A stretch of 64,000 nt of DNA from Hormiphora californensis (Eukaryota; Animalia; Ctenophora): NCBI GenBank assembly GCA_020137815.1, contig CM035359.1, positions 7,130,001 to 7,194,000 of the forward strand, in the 5' to 3' direction. This document shows, piece after piece, positions 50,633-61,812 of the stretch. The first letter of the stretch is position 1, and each line of letters starts with the position of its first letter. The notes beneath the pieces were generated by a model. The model made no database searches, was not told the DNA's origin, and saw only the letters and a program-made list of their open reading frames with translations. The translations under genes and the position numbers were made by a program.

Positions 50633-51789
50633 TTGGATACGCACGGGCAATAAGGACTCAATGAGACTGAGAGTGAGAGGCTAATAAAGTGGGATCCCTG
50701 CATCATCAAAGTCAAACGTTGGAGTAATTTAATTTTAATTTTCAGTTCTATAGTGATGGACAGTTTTATGGGAGATGAATGAATATGGTTTAGTGTAAAT
50801 TTATTAAGTGCAGTGTTTAATTTGTTCCACTTTATAGTAGGAAGAGTCAGGAATCACTGGAAGAAAACATGAACAGCGCATTTTATGTGTTCTTTTGATG
50901 TACAGCGCTAAAATACATTAACTACGCTGCAATGAATATATACGCGCGCTTAATCAAACGCCGCGCCGCGACGTGTCAGCAGCTCAGCTCAGCTTCAGTC
51001 AGTTTTTTGGATTTTTCATCTTTTGACTTTTCGTCAGGCGTCATTACATGTCCAATTTTTAATAATGTGAACGGGGGGCGCGCACTTAATTCCACTTAAT
51101 TCCATTTGCGCGTGCTAAATTCTGTTCCTGAGAATCTTAAGACTTAATCCCGGCAGTATCGGAAAGATAATTTTAAGACCTTTTCAATGCAACCAAGATC
51201 AAGTCTTTATCTTATCAGGAGCCAGATAAGAGATATGATTGAAACAAAACGAAAAAAACTTTCCCACGGTGCGTGGGAAAGTTTTTTGCGTGCCCCCGGT
51301 TCGCATTATTAAAAATCGGACTTTAGTCAGCACTCACGGTTTTTAGAATTTAGGGCTGGGGTTTGGGTTGGGATTAGGGCTTCACATTTCCTATCAGATA
51401 AACTTTGGTTTAGCCAACACAGTTAAGTGGTTTGGCAGTTATAGCCGTTTTAGTGCAGGGCAGACAAATACCCAGATCGTAACGGTGCCCCCCCTCTTGA
51501 GTGTCAGCACTATTTAGGGCTAGGGTTCGGGTTCGGGATTTCCTATCAGATAAACTGTGATTCACCCAAAATGGCCATTTTTATTCAACTGTTCAGGCCT
51601 CAACTTGTGCGCGTGCGATATTTAAATTTACGCTGTGTGCGCTACACGTTAAATTGTGATAGACACGCAAAACAATTCCACGCACGACTTTGGGGGGTGA
51701 ACAGTTGAAAAAATGGAGTATATAGACGTCGCGGTGTGAGTCTTAACGATTAATGATTAAGGATTTTAAATTAAAGGAGCGGTTCATTC

Positions 51790-54460
51790 ATAAACATTCA
51801 TAAATAAATTTAGTATTGTACACAAAGTTTTAGCTCAAAAGGAGCCAACACTCAGATGACATGGAAAGTCAGCAGGTTATATGTATCAGCCAAATGACGA
51901 TGAAAAGCAAAACACACTTTTATGATTCGCCCATCTCTTTAAACACACTGGGGTCATTTCTCCAATCAATCAAGGAGTTACTGTGCTCCACCCGGTAGCC
52001 GCGGACAGGTGGCTGGTCGGGAATGGTGGTTAAGTAAGACCCAAGGGACTGTTTCAACTCGAGCAGTGATGTTGCTTCTCTCACTGCACGGGGTAGGGAA
52101 TTCCACAGCTGTGCTCCTCTAACGCCGAATGATGAGTCATAAGGGCCAGATATGGATTTTTGAGCGAGGTAATTGTAACGGGGGACCAATGCTCTGGTAC
52201 CAAGACGGGTGTGCTCAGTAAACAGGAGACCGGTGCCGTTTGGAACTACCTCGTGTAGAACCTTCCAGACATGGATAATCATGTATCGTTCACGACGCCG
52301 CTGGAGGGACAAGATTTTGAGATGTTGGAGTCGATCCCAGTACCCCATACCAGAACAGCTCTCAATCCTACGTGTGAAGTGTCTCTGGGCCTCTTCAACC
52401 AAGGCAATATCGGACTTTTTCACCGGACTCCACAAAGGACAGCAGTACTCCACCTGAGGTCTTATGATGGACTTCAGTAAGGTTAGCATTGTGTCATCGG
52501 ATCTATCTCGAAACACACTTAGTGCCCAGCCACTCATGCGACGAGCCTTAGCTGTTATGCTGCCTATGTGCTCTGACCATGTGCAGTCTGCAGAAACAAG
52601 AACCCCTAGATCTTTCACAGTGGAACTTGGCGATATAGTCTCACCTCCAGGTCCGCTATAGAGGTAGTTATCAGTGGAGAAGGGAAGCTCCCTCAGAAGT
52701 TGGGTGGAACGAAGTGTATAGTTCAGCACCTCGAACTTGTCCTGATGGAGTGACATATTGTTGTCTATAGCCCAACGACCAAATTCATTAAGACTCAGCT
52801 GCAGATCATCTCTGTCATTGAGTGACCTGATGGCTTTCCACAGCTTAGAGTCATCTGCAAATGTTAGGACTGTGCCAGCAAGGAGTGATTCAATGTCTAT
52901 CATGTAAACCAAGAACAGAAGCGGACCAATAACAGTACCCTGAGGGACACCACTAATGACGAATTCCGGTCGAGACTGAACTCCGTCAACCACAACTGTC
53001 TGTACTCTAGCTGAAAGAAAGTCACTTATCCAGCGCAGCAATCTACCACGTATACCATACTTTTCAAGCTTTCCTAATAGCACCTTGATATCGACCTTAT
53101 CAAACGCCTTCTCCATATCCAAGTAGACGACATCCACTTCCAAACCATTATTCAGTTCACGCATGATGTTATCATAATGGTTCAAGAGTTGGGTCAGACA
53201 ACTCCTATTTCTTCGAAAGCCGTGCTGACCATCATTGAAGATTCCATTTCCCTCCAGGTGATCCACAACTTTGTTCCTCACAACCCTCTCAAAAGTCTTG
53301 ATCATATGGGATGTGAGTGCAACAGGGCGATAGTTTTTGGCCTCCATCTTTGAACCCTTCTTGAAGACTGGTGTGACCTGTTGACGTTTGAGACAGGCTG
53401 GTACAACACCCTCAGTGAATGAACGGTTCCAGAGCAACCAAAGCGGGTATGCTAGCTGTTTCCGGCACTTGGATAGTATAACCGCAGGTATGTCATCTGA
53501 CGGTGCTCCAGCGTAGGGGTCCAATTCAGCCAGTGCAGCTTCAATACAACCAGGGGTGAAGTCAAGTTCATCTAGTGTGCAGGTCGTAGAAGGAATGTCC
53601 TTGATAGCCTCCTCAACCGAGCACATGGATGGGTCACTGAATACTCCTACATATTGTGACTGGAGAATATTAGATTTTTCCAAGGGGTCATCAGTCACTG
53701 TACCATCAGATCTCAGGAGTGGTGCCACACTGGATTTGATTTTTCGGTGCTTGTTAACAAAGGACCAGAAAAACCTGGAATTCGACTTGATGGTGTCAAT
53801 GGCTTTCCTCTCCTTCACTTCCAGCAGCCCTAACAAGTGAGCCTTAATGTTATCGGCTGTCTTATTTACCTTGCGTTCGAGTTTATTGATAAGAGACTGG
53901 TGTGAGTTTCTCTGTATGGCCAGTTTCACCCGAGAGTTCAGCTTTTTCTGCCTCCTTTTCAGTCTTCTCAGGTATGGATCTCTCTTTCTTAGAGTACCAA
54001 ACCTCTTTCTTTTGCTGTGTTTTTCAAATACCCTTAGTATAGTTTCTCTGATACACTGAACAAATGAGTGACCATCATCATCAGAGTTACAGGAGGTCAG
54101 TAGTGTGTCCCAATCAATACCGCTCAGCTCCTCTACTGCAGCAGTAAAATCTGCGTTGTGGTAGTCAAGGGCCTTGAACCCCTTTCCAGCTGTTTCACAG
54201 TCTGCTTTGGACTGGCGGAGCCCGATTCCAAGGACACAAGACACCATGGAATGATCCGACATCTGAGTAGCTGATACATCGGTGTCAAGAACATAATCCA
54301 CCCTGTTTGTAAGTACGATGTCCAGTATGTTCCGGCCTCGAGTAGGCTCTGTGACCAATTGTGTAAGGAAGTTTCTCTCTGCAAAGTCAACCAGGGCATT
54401 ACCCTGGTCCGCTGATACAGATGTCCAGTTAACCTGAGGCATGTTAAAGTCACCAAGTGG
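51790..54460 (-). mobile_element. 5'-truncated CR1-group LINE
   Basis: ORF2 begins inside the endonuclease domain (GDFNMP); short 3' UTR with (TTTATGAATG)-like tail; no clear TSD. Confidence 0.9.
51920..54442 (-). CDS. LINE ORF2 (partial APE endonuclease + reverse transcriptase)
   Basis: 840-aa open frame with PTRG.NILD, SDH, NYRPVALTS, QHGFR, D.EKAFD, GVPQG, FADD, LQRRRERY and LWNSLP. Confidence 0.93.
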   Translation of the reverse strand: MPQVNWTSVSADQGNALVDFAERNFLTQLVTEPTRGRNILDIVLTNRVDYVLDTDVSATQMSDHSMVSCVLGIGLRQSKADCETAGKGFKALDYHNADFTAAVEELSGIDWDTLLTSCNSDDDGHSFVQCIRETILRVFEKHSKRKRFGTLRKRDPYLRRLKRRQKKLNSRVKLAIQRNSHQSLINKLERKVNKTADNIKAHLLGLLEVKERKAIDTIKSNSRFFWSFVNKHRKIKSSVAPLLRSDGTVTDDPLEKSNILQSQYVGVFSDPSMCSVEEAIKDIPSTTCTLDELDFTPGCIEAALAELDPYAGAPSDDIPAVILSKCRKQLAYPLWLLWNRSFTEGVVPACLKRQQVTPVFKKGSKMEAKNYRPVALTSHMIKTFERVVRNKVVDHLEGNGIFNDGQHGFRRNRSCLTQLLNHYDNIMRELNNGLEVDVVYLDMEKAFDKVDIKVLLGKLEKYGIRGRLLRWISDFLSARVQTVVVDGVQSRPEFVISGVPQGTVIGPLLFLVYMIDIESLLAGTVLTFADDSKLWKAIRSLNDRDDLQLSLNEFGRWAIDNNMSLHQDKFEVLNYTLRSTQLLRELPFSTDNYLYSGPGGETISPSSTVKDLGVLVSADCTWSEHIGSITAKARRMSGWALSVFRDRSDDTMLTLLKSIIRPQVEYCCPLWSPVKKSDIALVEEAQRHFTRRIESCSGMGYWDRLQHLKILSLQRRRERYMIIHVWKVLHEVVPNGTGLLFTEHTRLGTRALVPRYNYLAQKSISGPYDSSFGVRGAQLWNSLPRAVREATSLLELKQSLGSYLTTIPDQPPVRGYRVEHSNSLIDWRNDPSVFKEMGES

Positions 54461-55083
54461 TACACGCAGCGCTACTCTCTATACATTTCACATGGGCATT
54501 TGTGTCACGTGATCGCAAATGACACAGCGTGGTTCACCAGGAATCTCCCAGCTGGAACCTGGCGTCAGTTTCCAATTTGTAACTGATGCGTCATCTCCGG
54601 ATTGAGGATCTGGTCACTCGACGCTGGACCATGAAGCAGCTGTAGGTTTCTCTGTGTGTGCCGCCCACTTCCATACCCACAGGCTGCTTCTTGGTCCAGC
54701 GAGACCAGATCATCAATCCGAAGATGAGATCGAGATTCATGGATATGTATCCCAGAACGATCAGCTTTCGTTTCCGGGGGCGTGACACAAGGTGCCATTT
54801 CCCGGATTCGGAGCGTACCACTCCAATGATCTCTGGATCAAAAAAACATGGTGCTTATAGGTCTACACCTGTACTTAATTTGTACAGGTCTTGGGTTTCA
54901 CTCATAACGGGGGGGGGGGGGGGGGGTTCCCTTTATAAGAGATGTAGCGTATGGAGGTTTGGAGCTGTGGGTTTGGAAGTGGGAGGCACAAACAACAAAA
55001 AATTATTATTATTATACTTTTAAAATAATAATACTATTATATTGTATCCCTTATTATTAACACAGAACTTTTAAATAGGAAGA

Positions 55084-58000
55084 ATGGCAGCAATGGTTCG
55101 TCCCAACTATAAGCCAGTGGACACGGTAAGGAAACATTTACTGTGAAATATACGTGATCGTTTCATCTTTTATCCAATTCAATTTCCACCCTCAGTCGAC
55201 CCCTACAAAGATTCCTGTGTACCAATTCTATGATGCCCCAACTGGTAGACAACAGCTACCCTCCCTCAGAGACATGGCAACTTATCAGCCAAAGTTCTCT
55301 ATCGCCAAGGTAATATTATAGCTCGTTACAATTACATTTGATTTCAAACCAACATTACTATAAACGTATTACGTTTGTATTTATTGTCAAAATCCACCCT
55401 ACACCCCATATACACGCACAACATACAACTCTCCCACAGGTTGAGAGAGTAGTATCAGGTGGAGGGGGAAAGAGGCTGGACACTAGAAAACATAGCGAGG
55501 ATCTAACAAGAGATAAAGGGCTAAAAGGGAAATTATCCAGTCTATCTCTGGAGCATATCAACACCAATAATGTTCTGTACTGTGTTAGGGACTCACTGGA
55601 ACTAAAAACGGTAATAACACGCTCATATCGCTTACTACACGGACACCTGAGTGACATTTGCTGGAGTTTCAATCCCATGATATACTATGTAATTTCCCCA
55701 ATATCTTTGTGTGGCCCTCCCACTGCTCTATTAGGGTAAATCAACAATCTCTCGCCACAGGGTGCTACGGTTGAGAGATCTAAGGTGGTACCGGGTGTTC
55801 AGGCTGCCTCTACACTTCCCAGATCTTACAGACAAACCAACAAGAAACAGGTACCTGATCATATCACCTATTATATCATCTATTAGTTTGTCCCATAAAT
55901 ATTGTCCCTCGGTGATATTTTCAAGAAAATGATGATTTGAAAGAAAATAAACGGTCCTATGGTATTCCTAGCATCCTTGGCTCCATTCCTATAGGTTGGG
56001 GATGTATCAAGGTAGTATAGTTCAGGAATTATGGGCCAATCTTTACACGTATGTCTTACTACGATCTTCAAAATTTCGATCATGAAATTTTTTCTTCTCA
56101 TTAAATCGAATCCTGTGCTAAAATAAGGATATGGACTGCTCATTTTACCCGCTGGGGACTTAGGGGGCATCCTCTGGGAGCTCCAGGGACCTTTAACTTT
56201 TGAATAGAACCCTTCGTTTTAGGGCTATCACTCCTTAAACAGAGTTCACTCAAAACGGCAGCTGCAGACGTTTTTGACAGAAAACAATGATCGTGAGAAG
56301 AAGCCAATGAAGGACAGTCTTGAAATCGGCCTAAGAACTCTAGAATAGACCTTTCTCTACCACATAGGACCATCAATCGCATCTAGGTGGCCCATCTGGG
56401 GCCGAGAAACATAATTTTGCGAGGTAGCCACTTTTTGCGCTGAAAATCAATGTTAATTTGTCGATTTGGCGTGCACATAAGTTGTCATAGGGATGTCTGA
56501 GCATCATTCCGATGCGTGTAACTCACCACACTACCTCAAAAGGGATCAGAGATGACTCTCCTGAGGTTAGATGGTGCCGAGATGGTTTTGGCTACCTACA
56601 AAATGGGCCAAAGTCAGTTTTAAGATCGTTACAAGACTGGCCTACCAAATTCACCTACAGCTACCCTTCTGTATGGGCACGTAGAATCCCTGACCTATAG
56701 GAATGGAGCCAAGGATGTCAAAAATACCGTAGGACCGTTTATTTTCTTTCAAATCGTTATTTTCTTGGATAAATCACCAAGGGACAATATTTATGGGACA
56801 ACCTAATATAATATAACACGGGTAACATGGGTAAACACGCGATGTCGGTAAGTTGCATTTACAGCACGGTAAGTGTCGGTATACCGACGGTAAACCGACT
56901 GTAAATGCAACTTACCGACGCGCGGCGCTATTTCTCAAAACAAGGCGCCATTTCTCAAAAAAGGCTAAAAAGCAATCATGATTGCTAACTGTTCCATTAT
57001 TTTAACCAATCGTGTGTAACAATGTTCATTATCCTGACAGGTTGAGATAAAACCCAATGGAACACAAAAGGGAAGTTACGCTGCCATGTATGCTGCTCGC
57101 AGACAGCAGCTTGATAAACAGGAACATCAAAGAGCCAGGCTATTGGCTAAACAGAGAGACGAGAATGGGAGGAAGTGGGACACTAACGATACTACTACTG
57201 CACAGGGTGAGTGATATGTCTGAGAGACACCTAGCTACTCTCCCAGATGATACGTTGTCTGAGAGACTGTGTGTGTACCCTGTTTATGTAGTGTGGTATA
57301 AAAAGATCGGACTGAGTGAATCAATCTTACTTAGAAACTTCTATAACTCTCTATAACAGTCTCTCACCCATCCCTAGATATCGCAACAGCAGGAGTGGTC
57401 CCCCCTCCAGGGTATCCTCACACCCTTCCCAGCGCTATGTATCCCCACGCCCAACACCCCCTTGTCTTCCACGAACCCATTGATGTTAGTAGTCGGTACT
57501 TTGGGGACATGCTACCTACTGCTGTATCACCACTACCACCTATTGAGACTAGTGAGGGTGAGTGATGATGGGGGAGTGAGGGAGAGATGGAGGGAGGTAG
57601 TGAGGGAGGGAGAGGTAAATATTACTGTTCTGAACAACGACTATTCTAACTCTCTATCCAGATATCTATTCCTCTTCTTCAACAACTATTCTAACTCTCT
57701 ATCCAGATATCTATTCCTCTTCTTCAACAACTATTCTAACTCTCTATCCAGATATCTATTCCTCTTCTTCAACAACTATTCTAACTCTCTATCCAGATAT
57801 CTATTCCTCTTCTTCAACAACTATTCTAACTCTCTATCCAGATATCTATTCCTCTTCTTCAACAACTATTCTAACTCTCTATCCAGATATCTATTCCTCT
57901 TCAGTCTTCTTCAACAACTATTCTAACTCTCTATCCAGATATCTATTCCTCTTCTTTAACAACTATTCTAACTCTCTATCCAGATATCTATTCCTCTTCT

Positions 58001-59160
58001 TTAACAACTATTCTAACTCTCTATCCAGATATCTATTCCTCTTCTTCAACAACTATTCTAACTCTCTATCCAGATATCTATTCCTCTTCTTCAACAACTA
58101 TTCTAACTCTCTATCCAGATATCTATTCCTCTTCTTCAACAAATATTCTAACTCTCTATCCAGATATCTATTCCTCTTCTTCAACAACTATTCTAACTCT
58201 CTATCCAGATATCTATTCCTCTTCTTCAACAACTATTCTAACTCTCTATCCAGATATCTATTCTTCTTCAGATGACGAACAAGATGATTCATCTCTGAAG
58301 AAAGATTCCTCTCCCTCTCCTAAAAAGGATTCCTACAGCTCTCCAAAACCAAAGATAACCTACAAGCCCTATACACTCCAGGAGTACAAGGGGGTAAGGG
58401 CTGGCTACGTGAGGAAAGTTGGTGGACTTGGACCAGACACAGAGAATACGAAATATAAAGAAAAGGTAGGGACGGATTTTTTTACCAAGTCGCTTTGAAT
58501 TCATTCGCTTCTTTCTACCGAGTTTTTCTTGACCAATTACCTGGTTCAAATTTCAATGGAATGTGATTTCAGCTGTCTAAAGCTAAGAGGATGAATGCCT
58601 ATGCCCAAAAGCTACGAGACCAACACAAGATGTCTGAATTTCCGAAGAGAGTCGCAAAACCCAAACGTCCACCTCCCTCTAAAGCTACGGTGGTAAGTAC
58701 TCTCTAATGGATGTTTCATATCCCCGGCGATGTGCTGCATTTGATACGTGTCATGCGTGATAGAATGACACAGAGAGATAAAATGAAAGGAATGTTTACC
58801 TGCCCATAGCAACCGTTGCTACAGCCGATAAATGACAACTGAATGGAGCGCGCGACGCTCTTAAAGTGAAGATCATCGCGCGCAGATACACGGACAGTGG
58901 GAAAAACTCAAAAACACAACTTGAGATTTGAGGTTTCCAGTCGCTAACATTCCCTAATACCCCGTCAGGCAATGCAGTACGCCAAGTCGATACCACCACC
59001 AAAGCCCACTAAGCCCTACCAAATGAGACGTCGCACAGAGAGTTGCGGGTCGGAGGGAAATCAGCAAGATCCAACCAACTTGAAAGAAGAAATTTTAGAA
59101 GAACGTGTTAGGAGACATTTTATACACAAGCGAATGATGGCTGACTTGGAGAAGTTATGA
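55084..59160 (+). CDS. JHY: JHY (junctional cadherin complex regulator / C11orf63)-like ciliary protein
   Basis: In-frame GT-AG exons ~55084-55125, 55196-55309, 55440-55610, 55761-55850, 57041-57206, 57378-57557, 58254-58465, 58573-58692 and 58969-59160. C-terminal YKPYTLQEYK...KVGGLGPD, AYAQKLRD, MQYAKSIPPPK and RVRRH match the JHY family. Confidence 0.78.
55883..56806. mobile_element. mariner-like non-autonomous element with TA TSD
   Basis: TA|TTAGKTTGTCCCATAAATATTGTCCC... ~115-bp imperfect TIRs ...GGGACAACCTAA|TA, in JHY intron 4. Confidence 0.85.
57641..58271 (+). repeat. 45-bp minisatellite x14 containing branch point and acceptor
   Basis: Unit ctattCTAACtctctatcCAGatatctattcctcttcttcaacaa; copy 6 has 7 extra nt; the last copy runs into a JHY exon. 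Confidence 0.92.
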
Positions 59161-60011
59161 GAGACATTTGACTGGCCTAGCTTGGTGTATTGAGCAACCC
59201 TTGATAAAGTAGACTATTCTTTCAAGTGAGATTTAGAGATTGACAGCTGTTGAGATTTGAAGACTGCCGCTGTGACTTGTGTGTAGGATTGTAACTGTAA
59301 AAAGACTCTATCTAGAGATGTTAGCAAACCAATAGGATATATTATGATCTAATAGGATTGAAATATATGTGCCTTTCTCTTCGAGTAGGTATAGCACAAT
59401 TGGTAGCTTCGATAAGAGGTAGGCCAAAGAGGGGTATCCTCGCTTGACGCTTCGTATATAATATAGAGCTTAGTTCTAGTTGTGACAACTTTATTTGATC
59501 TGTCATTGGATTTGGCTGAGTTGTCGGCTTTCGTTAAATACTGCAGGCGCTATTTGATTTTATGAGCCAAAATAGAAATCAATTGATTATTATGATAAAC
59601 CCATATTTTCTTGCTCTATTTCTTCCTCTGTTAGGCACCAGTTAGAGATTCCCAGGCATCAGTTCCCAAGCACGGCAGTTGCCAAGGTCGGCAAGCAAGT
59701 GAGTGCTGACGTGCGCGTTAGCTCCAATTTCCATACAATTTACGTCACGCGCAGCAGTGTCACATGGTTCCCACAGAACCATCTGCACATGATGGCCGGG
59801 CATGCAGGAACGCGCCGTGCCCTGATATCAGGGAGCGTCCCCCTGATATCAGGGGGACGCTGGTGTAACTGGTGTGTTATGTGCTTCTTCTACTTCTTTC
59901 AAACTAAAATATTCGCGTTTTAATTTGAACATTGTATTGTCTCTTCTTTAACTGGTCACACAAAGTTCATTGTCCATGTGTTGTCCAGTATTATAAGATA
60001 CACCATAGAGT

Positions 60012-61016
60012 TCAGCAATTAGTAGCGTGTCGTCTACTAGCGGCTGGTGTGGGATGCAGCTGCAGCAAACTAAACTGTTCAGGATAGGATCCACCACCAC
60101 ATAACACCTGCCTGATAGTGCGTCTGATATCTTGGTTCCGTGATATCAGGATCACTGGATTCAATCCACTGGTTGTCATTGGAACAAACCCGAATATGAC
60201 GTCATGAACACTGACCTGCCAGGGAAACACAAACACTAACAAATCACACACTATTGAGATAAAGTAGGGGATGTTCATTAGCAGTATTGTAACACAACTC
60301 CTCTTCGTGGTTTCCTGGATTTCATCCCCGTTAAACCCTGAGCAGCAGTATAGGTAGATAAATGTACTGACGGAACAGGCAATACCAATAGTACAGTGCA
60401 CCGCATTCAGCCAGATACACACATTCCAGAGAGTTAGGAAGATGTCCCTGTTGCGTACCATCCCTGGATAAAACTTGTTAATAAAGAACAAGGGCATGTT
60501 GTTGATGATCATGAATATTATATAGACCCCCAGATACCCCACCAACCATCTCTTTCCGATCCTCTCAAAGGGTCTGATCACTTTCTTTAACCGGGTTACT
60601 GCTAGTAGGGTAGTGGCACACTGTGACACACACCCAATAGTACAGGAGAAATGTCTAGCTAACTCTATAGCAAACCCCGTACCATGTAGCACTGCTGGAT
60701 TAAAGAGGTATACACAGTAGACAAGGGGACTAAAGAGACAGGTTAGGGTATCCGAGATAGCCAGGGATCTGAAGAGAAGACGAGATGCGGTGGTCTGCCT
60801 GTTTTTATTGTAGTGGTATAGCAGGAGAGGGTTGAGTGTGGTAGAGAGAAGGAAGCAGGATAATAACACGATACCCAGGGTGTAATTAATTACAAGATCC
60901 AGGGGGGTAGTCTTGTAGAGCCCTGCAGTTATGTTGTACTTGTAGGTGTCATGAGAGAATGCTTTCTCAAAAAGTATCTCATCCTCTTTGTAAATTAACT
61001 TCCAAAATATCAACAT
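60012..61016 (-). CDS. Intronless class A (rhodopsin-like) orphan GPCR
   Basis: ~334 aa from ATG 61016 with seven hydrophobic segments: TM1 LNP, TM2 LAISD, TM3 LAVTR, TM6 MNIPY, TM7 LNPVI. Confidence 0.88.
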   Translation of the reverse strand: MLIFWKLIYKEDEILFEKAFSHDTYKYNITAGLYKTTPLDLVINYTLGIVLLSCFLLSTTLNPLLLYHYNKNRQTTASRLLFRSLAISDTLTCLFSPLVYCVYLFNPAVLHGTGFAIELARHFSCTIGCVSQCATTLLAVTRLKKVIRPFERIGKRWLVGYLGVYIIFMIINNMPLFFINKFYPGMVRNRDIFLTLWNVCIWLNAVHCTIGIACSVSTFIYLYCCSGFNGDEIQETTKRSCVTILLMNIPYFISIVCDLLVFVFPWQVSVHDVIFGFVPMTTSGLNPVILISRNQDIRRTIRQVLCGGGSYPEQFSLLQLHPTPAASRRHATNC

Positions 61017-61812
61017 GGTGGCACTTCTGCAAGATAGAGGGTTGTAAATAATAACTGAATAGTTTACCAAGATTACACAGGCTCAGTGGGAAAACAAAGG
61101 GTACTGAGCGAGATCAAAAGGTCATTTTCTAATGCGGTGTCATGGCAACTGGGAGTGAGAGTGAGAGTGAGAGGCAGGTGTTTTTACTAATGACGGTATG
61201 ATTGTGATTTTGACCAGTGTATGATTTGTTGAGTTAGTGGGCCCAGGACTGGGGAGCTTATGTGGGGCAATTTTAAACAGAGCAGCTGGGGTTTGGAGCC
61301 TATATATTTATTCATTATCATTAATATTCAATACTATCATGACCGATGCGTTATTACAACTTGCATCAAGCGAACGTGAGGATACTGATCTCTTCATAAT
61401 AATAATTGCCATACAAGTCAGCCATTATGCGATTATTATAGAAGGCATAAACTCCCCATTACTCGTATCTTGACGGCTCGTTATACCTTCTTCTACCCAT
61501 GATATCCAGGCTGGTGTTATAAGCAATCAGAAGCCTCTAATCTACCAGTAGATGTCAGCCTCTGGGAAAGAGAATGTCGGGATATATAAAAATCAAAACT
61601 GTTTGATTTGAAAACTGAAAACAGCTGTGATAATCACCTGTCAACAGATGCAAGTTAGGCAGTATCAGCATCATTTTTAGAATGGCTCATATGTCATATC
61701 ATTCCTAAAGAGCTGTCATATTTGTATGTCGTTGCGTGACTCATGTACTATCACCTCGTACACAGCTCGTGATTCCAGGTTCTGAGATGGCCAATTTGAC
61801 AAACGTTGTATA

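Noticed and set aside
54550-54900. Overlapping short ORFs between the LINE and JHY
   Set aside because: Strand, frame and family could not be determined.
57641-58271. CRISPR-like array (also 9747, 38040, 40514)
   Set aside because: No unique spacers, eukaryotic context and no cas genes; these are minisatellites.
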